Assembly: GCA_017522795.1 (NCBI GenBank)
Contig: JAFWXZ010000032.1
Location: 1-63,883, forward strand
DNA from: Clostridia bacterium
GTDB lineage: Bacteria; Bacillota; Clostridia; Oscillospirales; CAG-272
DNA: 63,883 nucleotides
Direction: 5' to 3'
Shown: positions 1-9,855 of the stretch, piece by piece
Position numbering within the stretch: the stretch's first letter is position 1
Layout of the letters: each line of letters begins with the position of its first letter
Made by a program: the position numbers and the translations under genes
The notes under the pieces: model-generated
What the model was told of the DNA's origin: nothing
Databases searched by the model: none
What the model saw: the letters and a program-made list of their open reading frames with translations, nothing else

Positions 1-900
1 ATGCGGGTGTTGCAACCGCAGGGATAACCATAGGAATCTCGGCAACTGGAATTTCGGGCTCGTCTTCAAGTGCTGTTGCGGAAACAGTATTCTCAAAGAT
101 ATTTGCTTCGGTTGCAGGAATCTCGACAGGCTCCTCAACATTAGCAAACATATCTGCTACGGGATCGCTTGCAGGAGTTGCAACCGCGGGAATAACAACG
201 GGAATTTCTGCTACAGGAATTTCAGGCTCGTCTTCAAGTGCTGTTGCGGAAACAGTATTCTCGAAGATATTTGCTTCGGTTGTGGGAATCTCGACAGGCT
301 CCTCAACGTTAGCAAACATATTGACAACAGTTTCTGCCGCAGGTGTTGCAACCGCAGGGATAACCATAGGAATCTCGGCAACAGGAATCTCGGGTTCGTC
401 TTCAAGTGCTGTTGCAGAGACGGTGTTCTCAAAGATGTTTGCTTCGGTTGCAGGAATCTCCACAGGCTCCTCAACGTTAGCAAACATATCTGCCACAGGA
501 TCGGATGCAGGAGTTGCAACCGCAGAGATAACCATAGGAATCTCGGCAACTGGAATTTCAGGCTCGTCTTCAAGTGCTGTTGCGGAAACAGTATTCTCAA
601 AGATATTTGCCTCAGTTGCAGGAATCTCGACAGGCTCCTCAATGTTAGCAAACATATCTGCTACGGGATCGCTTGCAGGAGTTGCAACCGCAGGAATAAC
701 AACGGGAATTTCTGCTACAGGAATTTCAGGCTCGTCTTCAAGTGCTGTTGCGGAAACAGTATTCTCAAAGATATTTGCTTCGGTTGCAGGAATCTTGACA
801 GGTTCCTCAACATTTGCAAACATATTGACAACAGGTTCTGCCGCAGGTGTTGCAACTGCGGGAATGACCATAGGAATCTCGGGAGCGGGTGCCATAGGCT
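1..900. repeat. 168-bp coding tandem repeat, at least 5 copies
   Basis: cgtcttcaagtgctgttgc recurs at 61, 229, 397, 565 and 733 (period 168). Confidence 0.95.
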
Positions 901-1915
901 CGTCGCGAAGCTCGGTGGCTGTCACCTTGTTCTCGCAAATAGTGGCGTTGATCTGTACTACACCATCCTCGTCTGCGGAGGTGTAAATAGTGATTGGAAT
1001 ATCCTTAAGATAAGATACAGGATTGGAAAGAGGCGTGACTGCCTCATCGGGAGCCGCAGGAATAGGCTCTGCAACAGGGATAACAGTATCCTCGAGGGTA
1101 GCAGGCTTATAGCTGTTCTCATAAAGAGCTGCTGCGGGAGTCACAAAGGGAATAGCACCGGGAACGCCCGATGTAATAAATGTATACGGAGAAGCGATGG
1201 GAGTTGCGGCAGGCTCTATGGGTTGAGCCTCGGTAGCATCAGGAATATGAATATTGTCCTCAAGAACAGAAGAGGGGACGTTTTCATATACGAAGGAGTT
1301 TTCAGGCTGCTTGAGCGACTCGATAAATGGAGTATCTGTAGGCTCGGCAACGTCGAAGGCAGGCTCCTCAAAAGCATTAAGATCGGAAAGGGTTATGGGA
1401 TTTGCAGGAGTTGCCTCATAAACGGCATTGGAAATATCGTCCGCACGTCTGAAAGCATATGGATCTGCACCCATATTAATTGCCTTTACAGGCTCGATAG
1501 GCTCCTCGGTGATAATGAAGCCGTCAAGTCCGCGAATGGGCTTAACAGGCTCAAGCTCGCTAAGGATAGCCGCCGTTGGCTCAAGCGCATCTATGTAAAC
1601 CGAGTCAGGAGCATCCCACTTAGCATCGTCAAGATCCTCGTAAAGCTTGACCGTGCCCTCGCGTTCCTCATATTCGTGAATCTTATTTCTGTTTCTGATC
1701 GCCTGGAAAATAAGGAATGAACAGATCGCCAGCGATAAGAAGGCAACTACAAGGAAGACGAATTCAAAGAAGAGCGGATCGTCCCAATAGGACTTAGGCT
1801 CACTTCCCTCTCCTCCCGTAGCTTCGGCAAAGACGGTGACTGCCATAGACATTGTCATAATTAATGCCAATACCAAGGCTATTACAAGCTTTCTGTTCTT
1901 GAACAACTTTTTCAT
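1..1915 (-). CDS. Large membrane protein with signal peptide, TM helix and acidic Pro/Glu/Ala-rich 56-aa tandem repeats (3' end outside window)
   Basis: Not in ORF track because no stop falls in the window. Manual translation from ATG at 1915 (RBS GGAGAGAG): MKKLFKNRKLVIALVLALIMTMSMAVTVFAEA...LFFEFVFLVVAFLSLAICSFLIF..., then repeats EEPVEIPATEANIFENTVSATALEDEPEIPVAEIP; frame stays open to the window edge. Confidence 0.85.
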   Translation of the reverse strand, partial: MKKLFKNRKLVIALVLALIMTMSMAVTVFAEATGGEGSEPKSYWDDPLFFEFVFLVVAFLSLAICSFLIFQAIRNRNKIHEYEEREGTVKLYEDLDDAKWDAPDSVYIDALEPTAAILSELEPVKPIRGLDGFIITEEPIEPVKAINMGADPYAFRRADDISNAVYEATPANPITLSDLNAFEEPAFDVAEPTDTPFIESLKQPENSFVYENVPSSVLEDNIHIPDATEAQPIEPAATPIASPYTFITSGVPGAIPFVTPAAALYENSYKPATLEDTVIPVAEPIPAAPDEAVTPLSNPVSYLKDIPITIYTSADEDGVVQINATICENKVTATELRDEPMAPAPEIPMVIPAVATPAAEPVVNMFANVEEPVKIPATEANIFENTVSATALEDEPEIPVAEIPVVIPAVATPASDPVADMFANIEEPVEIPATEANIFENTVSATALEDEPEIPVAEIPMVISAVATPASDPVADMFANVEEPVEIPATEANIFENTVSATALEDEPEIPVAEIPMVIPAVATPAAETVVNMFANVEEPVEIPTTEANIFENTVSATALEDEPEIPVAEIPVVIPAVATPASDPVADMFANVEEPVEIPATEANIFENTVSATALEDEPEIPVAEIPMVIPAVATPA

Positions 1916-2121
1916 ACTCTCTCCGTTTCATCACAAGCCGCACCCCATAATGCGACAAGTGAAACAATAATTATATATATTTCGCGTGAAATAATACGCG
2001 ACGCGCGCGAATATTTCTATACAGATATAATTATAGCACTATCATCGCGTAAAATCAATAGTAAATTTAAAATAAATAAAAAAAGTGGAGACTTTCGTCC
2101 CCACTTCTTTATATGAAAAAA

Positions 2122-2463
2122 TTATTCAGCCTTGGTGTACTTCCAACCGTCAAGCTTGATGTACTCAACGCCGTCCTCTTCACCCTCGCTGTAATCGTAG
2201 GTGTTGTATTCCTCGTTGAAGGTAAGAGTGATCTTGTTGCCGTCTTCGTTGAACTTGTACTCACCCTCGATAGTCTCGCCCTTACCAAGAATGGGATTGG
2301 TGGTCTTGGTTACCTTGCCACCGATCTCGAACTTGTAGGTAACGTCACCGTTAAGAGTAGTACCGGTAAAGCTACCGGTGATGGACTTACCGCAAGAAAC
2401 AAGGGTAAGAAGAGAGCATACGAGAAGTACGCATACAAGGATTGCAGATACTGTCTTTTTCAT
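2122..2463 (-). CDS. Small lipoprotein
   Basis: MKK + hydrophobic stretch + lipobox LVSC; RBS AGGAG; downstream hairpin near 2079-2110. Confidence 0.8.
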   Translation of the reverse strand: MKKTVSAILVCVLLVCSLLTLVSCGKSITGSFTGTTLNGDVTYKFEIGGKVTKTTNPILGKGETIEGEYKFNEDGNKITLTFNEEYNTYDYSEGEEDGVEYIKLDGWKYTKAE

Positions 2464-2587
2464 TGATAAATACTCCTTTTCAAATTTAGTCGGTGTTTTA
2501 CGACTTCAAATATATTTTATCATTATCTTATGCATTTGTCAACGATTTTTTAATTAAATTTTAATTATTTTTTTACATCAATTTTTG

Positions 2588-2616
2588 TTGACTTTCGGGA
2601 TAAGTTGTATTACAAT
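2588..2616 (+). promoter_or_regulatory. sigmaA-type promoter
   Basis: TTGACT-17bp-TACAAT upstream of the 2646 ORF. Confidence 0.65.
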
Positions 2617-2645
2617 ATATGAAGTGAAAATAAAGAGGCGGTTTT

Positions 2646-3185
2646 ATGAGGATATCTAACTTTTTTAAGCATTTTGCTCTCGTTATGCGTCACAAGTGGC
2701 GAGTATTCGTAAATTGCGCCAAGTGCGGCATTGTCTGGCGAGGACTGGTACACGATCTCTCAAAGTTCTCACCAACCGAGTTCGTTGAAAGCGTGAAATA
2801 CTATCAAGGCAACCGTTCGCCCATAGGCGTATGCAGAAGAGAAAACGGCTACAGCCTTGCCTGGCTGCATCACAAGGGCAGAAACAAGCATCATATCGAA
2901 TATTGGACTGATGAGGAATGTACCGTTCAGCCGCTTATGCCCTACAAATATGCCGTTGAATGCGTGTGCGACAAGCTTGCCGCGACGAGAGTTTATGCAG
3001 GGCGTGGATATTCAACCGAGCTTCCCCTGCTCCACTGGAAAAAATACGGCAACAAGGTCGGGGGAAATCCTAAGACCATGGCGTTTGTCGAGCGGGTGTT
3101 CATTGACGTTCGCGATAACGGCGAGGACTTTGTTCTAAGTAAAAAATATATGAGAAAAACCTACGACGAAATATGCAAAAAATAA
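2646..3185 (+). CDS. DUF5662-family (HD-like) protein
   Basis: HK...HDLSKFSPTEF and AWLHHKGRNKHH motifs typical of the family. Confidence 0.75.
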   Translation: MRISNFFKHFALVMRHKWRVFVNCAKCGIVWRGLVHDLSKFSPTEFVESVKYYQGNRSPIGVCRRENGYSLAWLHHKGRNKHHIEYWTDEECTVQPLMPYKYAVECVCDKLAATRVYAGRGYSTELPLLHWKKYGNKVGGNPKTMAFVERVFIDVRDNGEDFVLSKKYMRKTYDEICKK

Positions 3186-4321
3186 GTGAAAAAATAATTA
3201 TTCCGCATACGGTAGCGGAGAAAATAAAGGGCTGGGTTAAGGATAACGTAGTACTGATAGTAGCATTTTTTGCTGCGGTCATAACCTCATTTATCGTTCC
3301 GCCCGACAGCGAGTATCTCGGATATTTCGATTTCAAGACTCTCGCCTGTCTTTTCTGCGTCCTGGCAGTTGTATGCGCCCTTAGAAATATCAGATTTTTC
3401 TACACCTTGGCTAAGGCTATAGTAAGAAAATTCAGAAATGCAAAAATAGCCATTCTCGTTCTGGTATACATAACTTTTATCGGCTCTATGCTGATAGCGA
3501 ACGATATGGCTCTGCTCACCTTTCTCCCTCTTGGCTACTTTATCCTGCATACCACGGGAAAGGAGAAATATCTATCGTTTGCATTTATAATGCAAAACAT
3601 TGCGGCAAATCTCGGCGGTATGCTTACTCCGTTCGGAAATCCGCAGAATCTCTACCTATATTCCAAATTTAATATTCCCGACGGCGAATTCGTTTCTATA
3701 ATGCTTCCTCCCTTTATCGTGGCGGTGATGCTTATCACCGTTTGCTGCCTTATCTTCGTCAAGAGCGAGCCTCTTGAAATACAGGAAAAAGCGGCAAATC
3801 TGCCCGTTGGCAGGGTAATTATCTACCTCGCCCTTTTCGCCGTGGCAATATCTATGGTATTCAGATTTATGCCATATCAGATAGGTCTTGTGGTAATTCC
3901 CGTTGCCCTACTCTTCCTTGACAGAGAGGCGCTTCGTCAGGTAGACTACGGTCTGCTGTTTACCTTTGTATTTTTCTTTATCTTTGCGGGAAATATGGGA
4001 AGAATAGCCATTGTGCGCGACTTCTTCTCCTACCTGCTTGACATCAATACGCTAGTGTTCTCGGCTATGAGCTGTCAGATAATCTCCAACGTGCCATCGG
4101 CGATACTGCTCTCCCAGTTCACCGACAACTATCGTGAGCTGCTGCTCGGTGTAAATATCGGTGGCGCGGGCACTCTGATCGCATCTCTCGCCAGCCTTAT
4201 CACCTTTAAGGAATACACAAAGCAGGACCCAAAGCACACGCTGTCATATATTCTCAAATTCAGTGCGTTTAACTTCGCGTTCCTGATCATACTGACCGTG
4301 TTCTGCTATTTACTTACATAA
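3173..4321 (+). CDS. SLC13/CitM-like (ArsB/NhaD superfamily) anion permease
   Basis: Multi-TM; ANLGGMLTPFGNPQNLYL, ISNVPSAILL and GVNIGGAGTLIASLASLI motifs. Confidence 0.85.
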   Translation: MQKISEKIIIPHTVAEKIKGWVKDNVVLIVAFFAAVITSFIVPPDSEYLGYFDFKTLACLFCVLAVVCALRNIRFFYTLAKAIVRKFRNAKIAILVLVYITFIGSMLIANDMALLTFLPLGYFILHTTGKEKYLSFAFIMQNIAANLGGMLTPFGNPQNLYLYSKFNIPDGEFVSIMLPPFIVAVMLITVCCLIFVKSEPLEIQEKAANLPVGRVIIYLALFAVAISMVFRFMPYQIGLVVIPVALLFLDREALRQVDYGLLFTFVFFFIFAGNMGRIAIVRDFFSYLLDINTLVFSAMSCQIISNVPSAILLSQFTDNYRELLLGVNIGGAGTLIASLASLITFKEYTKQDPKHTLSYILKFSAFNFAFLIILTVFCYLLT

Positions 4322-4354
4322 CAAAAACAACCGTTTGATTCTTTTGCCGAAGCA

Positions 4355-4606
4355 TCAAACGGTTGTTTTTGTTTCCTTATTACTTTTTGCAGAGGATCTA
4401 TTGATCTTCGGATTGTCGGTTCTGCCGAGAAGATAGTCCAATGAAACGTTAAAATAATCGGCGAACTTTATAAGGGTGTTGTAATCAGCCTCCCTCTCCA
4501 GATTTTCATATCGACTTATACTGTTTTGATTCATATTCAGATCGAGAGCAAGCTTTAGCTGCGATATTTTTTTCTTTTTTCGCAATTCCTTTAATCTAAA
4601 CTCCAA
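4355..4606 (-). CDS. XRE-family HTH regulator
   Basis: RLKELRKKKKISQLKLA...ISRYE...FNVSLDYLLGRTD. Confidence 0.85.
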   Translation of the reverse strand: MEFRLKELRKKKKISQLKLALDLNMNQNSISRYENLEREADYNTLIKFADYFNVSLDYLLGRTDNPKINRSSAKSNKETKTTV

Positions 4607-4653
4607 AAACTCACCTTCTTTTTTACTTTTTCCGACATTTTTTGAAAAACTTC

Positions 4654-4702
4654 TTGACTTTATTGTACCATAATGGTATAATTTTAATATCCCAAATTGG
4701 TA
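4654..4702 (+). promoter_or_regulatory. sigmaA promoter overlapped by palindromic operator-like sites
   Basis: TTGACT-17-TATAAT (4654-4682); TACCA-taa-TGGTA at 4666-4678 and TCCCA-aat-TGGTA at 4690-4702. Confidence 0.65.
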
Positions 4703-4925
4703 TATATAGTGGTGCAGAAATGTTTTAAGATAAAGTTTTTCTAAAGCTAAGATTCAAAACTTCTTTATGAAGTGCAATAGTACACAATCATTTAATATAA
4801 TACAATTTCAAAACATAGTCATTTGGATGAAATTAGATAAAGGACTAGACTGGGGTTTGTTCTCAGCACTAATTGATTTTTTATGCTAATTTTTTATATT
4901 TAAAAATAATGATAGGAGACTAATT

Positions 4926-5702
4926 ATGAATTTTTTTGGAACTTTGATTAACGGCGTGCTTTATAATAAAGAAAAAAATGAAGTTGTTGTAACAAAAGCA
5001 ATATTTCCGCAGAAGAAATGTGTGATTGAATCCACCATTGATGAATTGCCTATTACAGTTATAAACCCTAAGGCATTCAAAAATTCTTCAGTAAAAGAAG
5101 TAGTTATTCCTGAAACTGTAAAGAACATTTTCAATGATACTTTTATGAATTGTAAAAATCTTAAATCTGTTTTTTTATCTAAGTAGCTAGAAACAATTTG
5201 GGGCAGATCTTTTGCCGAGTGCAAAAATCTTGAGAACATAAATTTAGAAGGGGTTAAAAAAATAGGAAATGCAGCATTTTACGGTTGCATCTCACTCGAA
5301 TATGCATTTTTAAATTCCGTATATTGCATAGATGCCGGGGGTTTTAATGAATGTGCTCGTTTGCAAACCGTTGTTATAGGAGACGATTGCACTAGAATCG
5401 ATAGCGGTGCATTTAGAAATTGCAAACAGTTAAAAACTGTAGTGCTATCCAAGAATATCGATAACATATGTGGTATTTTTGGAAAAATATATGGTAAGCT
5501 TGATCCCGTTAGAGACAATCCTTTTGCAGGATGTGATAATTTAAAATATCTGTTATATCACGGAACGCAGAATGAAATAAAGGAACATGTTCGCGATTTT
5601 TGGGTTGATGCGTGCAAAATGAACATCTATTACTATTCAACAGAGCCTAAAAAAGGCACATGGCGTTATGACGAAGGAAAAATAATCGTAACCCATGCAT
5701 AA
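4926..5702 (+). pseudogene. BspA-type leucine-rich repeat protein interrupted by one in-frame TAG (5184-5186)
   Basis: ORFs 4926-5186 and 5361-5702 share a frame; reading through gives ...LKSVFLSK*LETIWGRSFAECKNLENINLEGVKKIGNAAFYGC..., a continuous LRR_5 pattern. Confidence 0.75.
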
Positions 5703-5747
5703 TTATACCACTATAAAAACCAACATATTTAGAAAGGAAAATAAAAA

Positions 5748-6224
5748 ATGTATTGGGGCAAGGATCATTTAAAGAAAATGTGGAAGCAGGTGGACTTGGA
5801 GGGTGTAAGATACGGATTTGTAAAAAACAAAACTAACGGATTTATCTTTGCTGTAGTCGATAGTGTTCTTGACTTTGATATAGAGGAGATAGAGATTCCC
5901 GGAGTTGTTAATGACTGTCCTGTTATGGAAATAGGAAAATTTTCTTTTTCAAGTTGTCACGAGTTAAAAAAGGTCGAACTTCCTCAGTGCATTATGGTTA
6001 TCGGAACTTACGCTTTCTCGAGCTGTGAAAACCTAAGCGAAATAAACGTTCCTTCAATGCTTGAAAAAATACATTATGGTGCTTTTAAGGAATGCCGTTC
6101 CCTAAACAAGATTGATATAGGTCCTAACGTAAAAGTTGAGGAAGGCACCTTCATTGACTGTCCGTTAGATAAAAAGTATCAATTTCAAGGCAAATACACA
6201 AGTAGTCGTGATATGTATAAGTAA
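5748..6224 (+). CDS. BspA-type leucine-rich repeat protein
   Basis: IEIPGVVNDCPVMEIGKFSFSSCHELKKVELP...IGTYAFSSCENL repeats. Confidence 0.8.
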   Translation: MYWGKDHLKKMWKQVDLEGVRYGFVKNKTNGFIFAVVDSVLDFDIEEIEIPGVVNDCPVMEIGKFSFSSCHELKKVELPQCIMVIGTYAFSSCENLSEINVPSMLEKIHYGAFKECRSLNKIDIGPNVKVEEGTFIDCPLDKKYQFQGKYTSSRDMYK

Positions 6225-6247
6225 TTTTTAAAAGGAGATATTATAAT

Positions 6248-7102
6248 ATGTTTTTCACCAAACTCAAAAACTTTATCGTTCAATGCTTGTTGCTACCGAT
6301 TTCTTTTTTGATTAATATGTGTAGCGTCGGACCTATTGTATTGGTAATATCCCTCCTTACAGAAGGAGAGAAACTGGCAAACCTTTCAATGACGATTATT
6401 TCAGTAGTCGTTATGCTCCCCCTTGCCCTTGGTCTATCAAAATTACTCGTAAGGATTAAGGGTAAGCAAACTGACGATTACGCTACTTCTTTAGTGTGGC
6501 GTCAGGATGAAGTGACTACTCAATTTACATATGACGGAGAGGTTATCGCGGAATCAAAATACACCACTCCCGAATACTTATCACGCGAAACGAGTCATTG
6601 GTTAACGGGATGGGGAATATTTGCAGTGATTACATCGGTAATCGCCTTCCCTCTCCGTTTAATCGCAGTAATAGTCGCTTTTGTTGGTCTTTTCGTAAGC
6701 GAAATTTATACAACTCACAGGCCCTTGCCCGATGATTCAGGAATTGGAACGGGAAACAGAATTTTACACACACTGTTTGACTTTATTATTCTTCCCTCAC
6801 ACGCAGAGCGTGGCGAATCCTCTCCTCTTGCGTTTGCTTTTATGGGCGGTGACATTATTCTTTGTGTTTTAACATTCTTCATTAATATGCTGGTTTCTTC
6901 TGCCGCGGGAGATAGCGGAATCTGGACTTTACTACTCGCATTCGTTATGCTTATTCCTGTGCTGATTTTATTAATCAGGGACACTGTTAAGCTTTACCGT
7001 AACTATGACCTTCGAACAGGAATAATCAACTCGGCAAAACTACTTTGCATTTCCCTAATTCCTACCCTTATTGCTGTTATACTGATGATATTCGGTATTT
7101 AA
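6248..7102 (+). CDS. Hypothetical multi-pass membrane protein
   Basis: RBS AAGGAG, about 6 hydrophobic segments, terminator at 7110-7133. Confidence 0.75.
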   Translation: MFFTKLKNFIVQCLLLPISFLINMCSVGPIVLVISLLTEGEKLANLSMTIISVVVMLPLALGLSKLLVRIKGKQTDDYATSLVWRQDEVTTQFTYDGEVIAESKYTTPEYLSRETSHWLTGWGIFAVITSVIAFPLRLIAVIVAFVGLFVSEIYTTHRPLPDDSGIGTGNRILHTLFDFIILPSHAERGESSPLAFAFMGGDIILCVLTFFINMLVSSAAGDSGIWTLLLAFVMLIPVLILLIRDTVKLYRNYDLRTGIINSAKLLCISLIPTLIAVILMIFGI

Positions 7103-7109
7103 AACCTTC

Positions 7110-7133
7110 GCCCTCCTAATTGGAGGGCTTTTT
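7110..7133. terminator. Intrinsic terminator between convergent genes
   Basis: gccctcc-taatt-ggagggc followed by T run. Confidence 0.7.
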
Positions 7134-7135
7134 CT

Positions 7136-8038
7136 TTAAAAACCGCGGGGATATTCTCCGCTTTCGGTAAGGGTTGAGAGAAAGGCTGACAAGCCTTTTC
7201 GGTCGGCGCGGTAGGTTATTCCCTGCCAGATGCCCTCACAGGAAAGGACTTGAACGGTAGCGCTGCCCTCGCCTATAAGACGGGAGATAACGGTGGGTAG
7301 ATAAAACTCGCAGCACAGAGGATCTGAAGCTATATTTTCATCAAGAAAACGAGTAAAGCGGCGCTCACACTCGTCAATTATATTTGGGGTAAAGCCCCAT
7401 AAATTTACCGAAACGGTGGCGGCGGGATCAAGCATTATTCTGCCTGACGGGGTATCGCAGAATACGTCATTTCCCTCTCTGACGATTCCCGTCCTCTCGC
7501 ATATTTCGGTGAGAAAGCCCTCCTTTATATTACATACTCCACGAGAGACCTTGCCGTTTTTGCTGAGGGTATTTTCCAGTCGATAGCCAACCATAGCGCA
7601 AGGCTGCCCTGCCCTATTCTGTGACAAAAAACTGAAAATGCTTGAAAGCGCCTCTCTGCCATAGAAATCATCGGCATTTATCAGCGCAAAGGGTGTGTTT
7701 ACTATCCCTTTCAAGCAGGCAACCGCGTGGGCGGTTCCCCAAGGCTTTATGCGCCCCGCGGGACAGGTGAAGCCATCGGGAAGTATGTCTATCTCCTGAT
7801 AGGCATAGTCAACCGAGATGCCGTATTTTTCGGGATAGGTATCGCTGACCTTGCGAAAATCTGCCTCTATCTCCCGATTTATTACGAAAACCACGCGGTC
7901 AAAGCCTACCCGCGCCGCATCATATACCGAGTAGTCTATTATTCTATGTCCGTAGCTGTCAACAGGCTCCAGCTGCTTCAGTCCTCCAAAGCGGCTTCCC
8001 CTCCCTGCCGCCATAATAACAAGAGCTAAATTTTCCAT
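7136..8038 (-). CDS. Sugar-phosphate nucleotidyltransferase family protein
   Basis: LVIMAAGRGSRFGGLKQL, KPWGTAHAV and INADDFYG motifs; start MENL after GGAGG. Confidence 0.85.
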   Translation of the reverse strand: MENLALVIMAAGRGSRFGGLKQLEPVDSYGHRIIDYSVYDAARVGFDRVVFVINREIEADFRKVSDTYPEKYGISVDYAYQEIDILPDGFTCPAGRIKPWGTAHAVACLKGIVNTPFALINADDFYGREALSSIFSFLSQNRAGQPCAMVGYRLENTLSKNGKVSRGVCNIKEGFLTEICERTGIVREGNDVFCDTPSGRIMLDPAATVSVNLWGFTPNIIDECERRFTRFLDENIASDPLCCEFYLPTVISRLIGEGSATVQVLSCEGIWQGITYRADRKGLSAFLSTLTESGEYPRGF

Positions 8039-8086
8039 AAAACCTCCGTTTTCAAGGTATTCCTTAATAATTTTATGCAAGAATAC

Positions 8087-8115
8087 TTGAAAAAAATGGC
8101 GGATAGAGGTATAAT
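8087..8115 (+). promoter_or_regulatory. sigmaA promoter of upp
   Basis: TTGAAA-17-TATAAT. Confidence 0.6.
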
Positions 8116-8144
8116 AAAAGAAAAAACCGAAAGGAACTTTACTT

Positions 8145-8774
8145 ATGAGCAAATTCCAGGTTATTGAGCATCCCCTGATTCAGCACAAGCTGACTATTAT
8201 GCGTGAAAAGGACACCCCCACGAGCGAGTTCAAGCAGCTGCTTGACGAGATATCCATGCTTATGGGTTATGAGATCACAAGAAATCTCCCCACCGAGGAC
8301 GTGGAGATCGAAACTCCCATCTGCAAGACCGTGCAGAAGAAGATCTCGGGCAAGAAGCTTGCTATCGTTCCCATCCTCCGCGCAGGTCTTGGTATGGTGG
8401 ACGGTCTGCTTCGTCTCGTTCCCGTAGCGAGAGTCGGACATATCGGTCTTTACCGCGATCCCGAAACCCATCTCCCTGTTGAATATTACTGCAAGATGCC
8501 CCCCGAGCTTGAGGAGAGAACGGTTATTATCGTTGATCCTATGCTTGCGACAGGCGGATCTGCCAGCGATGCTATCACTATGGTAAAGAACAAGGGCGCA
8601 AAGCACATTATGCTTATGTGCCTCGTTGCCGCCCCCGAGGGAGTTAAGAAGGTGCAGGAGAGCCACCCCGACGTTGACATCTATGCGGCGGCTCTTGACG
8701 AGTATCTTAACGACCACGCGTATATCGTTCCCGGCCTTGGCGACGCGGGCGACAGAATTTTTGGAACAAAATAA
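8145..8774 (+). CDS. upp: Uracil phosphoribosyltransferase
   Basis: [44 protein letters not shown]. Confidence 0.97.
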   Translation: MSKFQVIEHPLIQHKLTIMREKDTPTSEFKQLLDEISMLMGYEITRNLPTEDVEIETPICKTVQKKISGKKLAIVPILRAGLGMVDGLLRLVPVARVGHIGLYRDPETHLPVEYYCKMPPELEERTVIIVDPMLATGGSASDAITMVKNKGAKHIMLMCLVAAPEGVKKVQESHPDVDIYAAALDEYLNDHAYIVPGLGDAGDRIFGTK

Positions 8775-8805
8775 GCAAAGAAAGAAAACTGCGTGAAAGG
8801 AGGTA

Positions 8806-9771
8806 TTGTCGGTGCGTGAACTGATTATTGGCAAAAACGACGCGGGACAGAGGCTCGATAAATTTATCACCAAGGCACTTGATCTGCCTATGAGCCTGCT
8901 GTACAAGTCTATCCGCTTAAAGAAAATCAAGGTCAACCGCAAGAGAGCCGAGAATAATACTATTCTCTCCGAGGGCGATAGGATACAATGCTTCCTTGCC
9001 GAGGAATTTTTTGAAAAAAAGGCGGACAAACACTCCTTTGAGAGCATATCGGTCAAGCTGGATATAGTATATGAGGACGAGAATATTATGCTCCTTAACA
9101 AGCGCCCTGGTGTATCAGTACACGAGGACGAGGACGGCTCGACTAATACGCTGATCACGCACATCCAGGCATATCTCTATCAAAAAGGTGAATATCGCCC
9201 CGAGGACGAGCAGTCCTTTGCCCCTGCCCTATGCAATCGAATAGACCGAAACACAGGCGGAATAGTTATAGCGGCAAAGAACGCCGAGGCTCTGCGCGTG
9301 ATGAATGAAAAGATAAAGCGCAGAGAGATTGATAAATTCTATCTTGCGGCGGTTCACGGAATTCCTAAGCCCGAAAGCGCGACTATAAAGGGCTGGCTGC
9401 TGAAGGACGATAAGAAAAATATCGTAAGGGTATACGACAAAAATCCCCCTCGCTCAGCGAAGGAGATCATAACCAAATATAAGGTTGTGGCAAATAGCGG
9501 TGACAGCGCGCTAATTGAAGTGGAACTGCTGACGGGACGAACTCACCAGATCCGCGCACATATGGCTCATATCGGTCACCCGCTTATCGGTGACGGAAAG
9601 TACGGCATTAACAAGGGAGACAGAGCGAAGGGCTACAAGTATCAGGCTCTCTACTCCTACCGTCTGCGTTTCTCATTTGACGAGAGTGAGCCCAGCTGCC
9701 TCGATTACCTAAACGGTAAGGAATTTAAGATTCCAAAGAAGGATATTTACTTCACTAAGGAGTATTTCTAA
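8806..9771 (+). CDS. RluA/RluC-family 23S rRNA pseudouridine synthase
   Basis: S4 domain GQRLDKF; NRIDRNTGG and LLTGRTHQIRAH motifs. Confidence 0.93.
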   Translation: MSVRELIIGKNDAGQRLDKFITKALDLPMSLLYKSIRLKKIKVNRKRAENNTILSEGDRIQCFLAEEFFEKKADKHSFESISVKLDIVYEDENIMLLNKRPGVSVHEDEDGSTNTLITHIQAYLYQKGEYRPEDEQSFAPALCNRIDRNTGGIVIAAKNAEALRVMNEKIKRREIDKFYLAAVHGIPKPESATIKGWLLKDDKKNIVRVYDKNPPRSAKEIITKYKVVANSGDSALIEVELLTGRTHQIRAHMAHIGHPLIGDGKYGINKGDRAKGYKYQALYSYRLRFSFDESEPSCLDYLNGKEFKIPKKDIYFTKEYF

Positions 9772-9773
9772 AC

Positions 9774-9805
9774 AAAAAAAGCACGCAGAAAATGCGTGCT
9801 TTTTT
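9774..9805. terminator. Bidirectional intrinsic terminator
   Basis: aaaaaaagcacgca-gaaaa-tgcgtgctttttt between convergent genes. Confidence 0.8.
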
Positions 9806-9855
9806 GTGCTTTTTAGCGAATAATGTTTGAAAAATACCAGAATTCGCGGTATTTT

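Noticed and set aside
211-1720. ORF-track calls 211-651, 282-986 and 1223-1720
   Set aside because: Alternative-frame or antisense shadows of the long minus-strand repeat protein, which has an RBS and signal peptide.
5184-5186. Genome-wide TAG reassignment
   Set aside because: TAG terminates conserved genes (def, cotJA) at expected positions and only one in-frame TAG was found.
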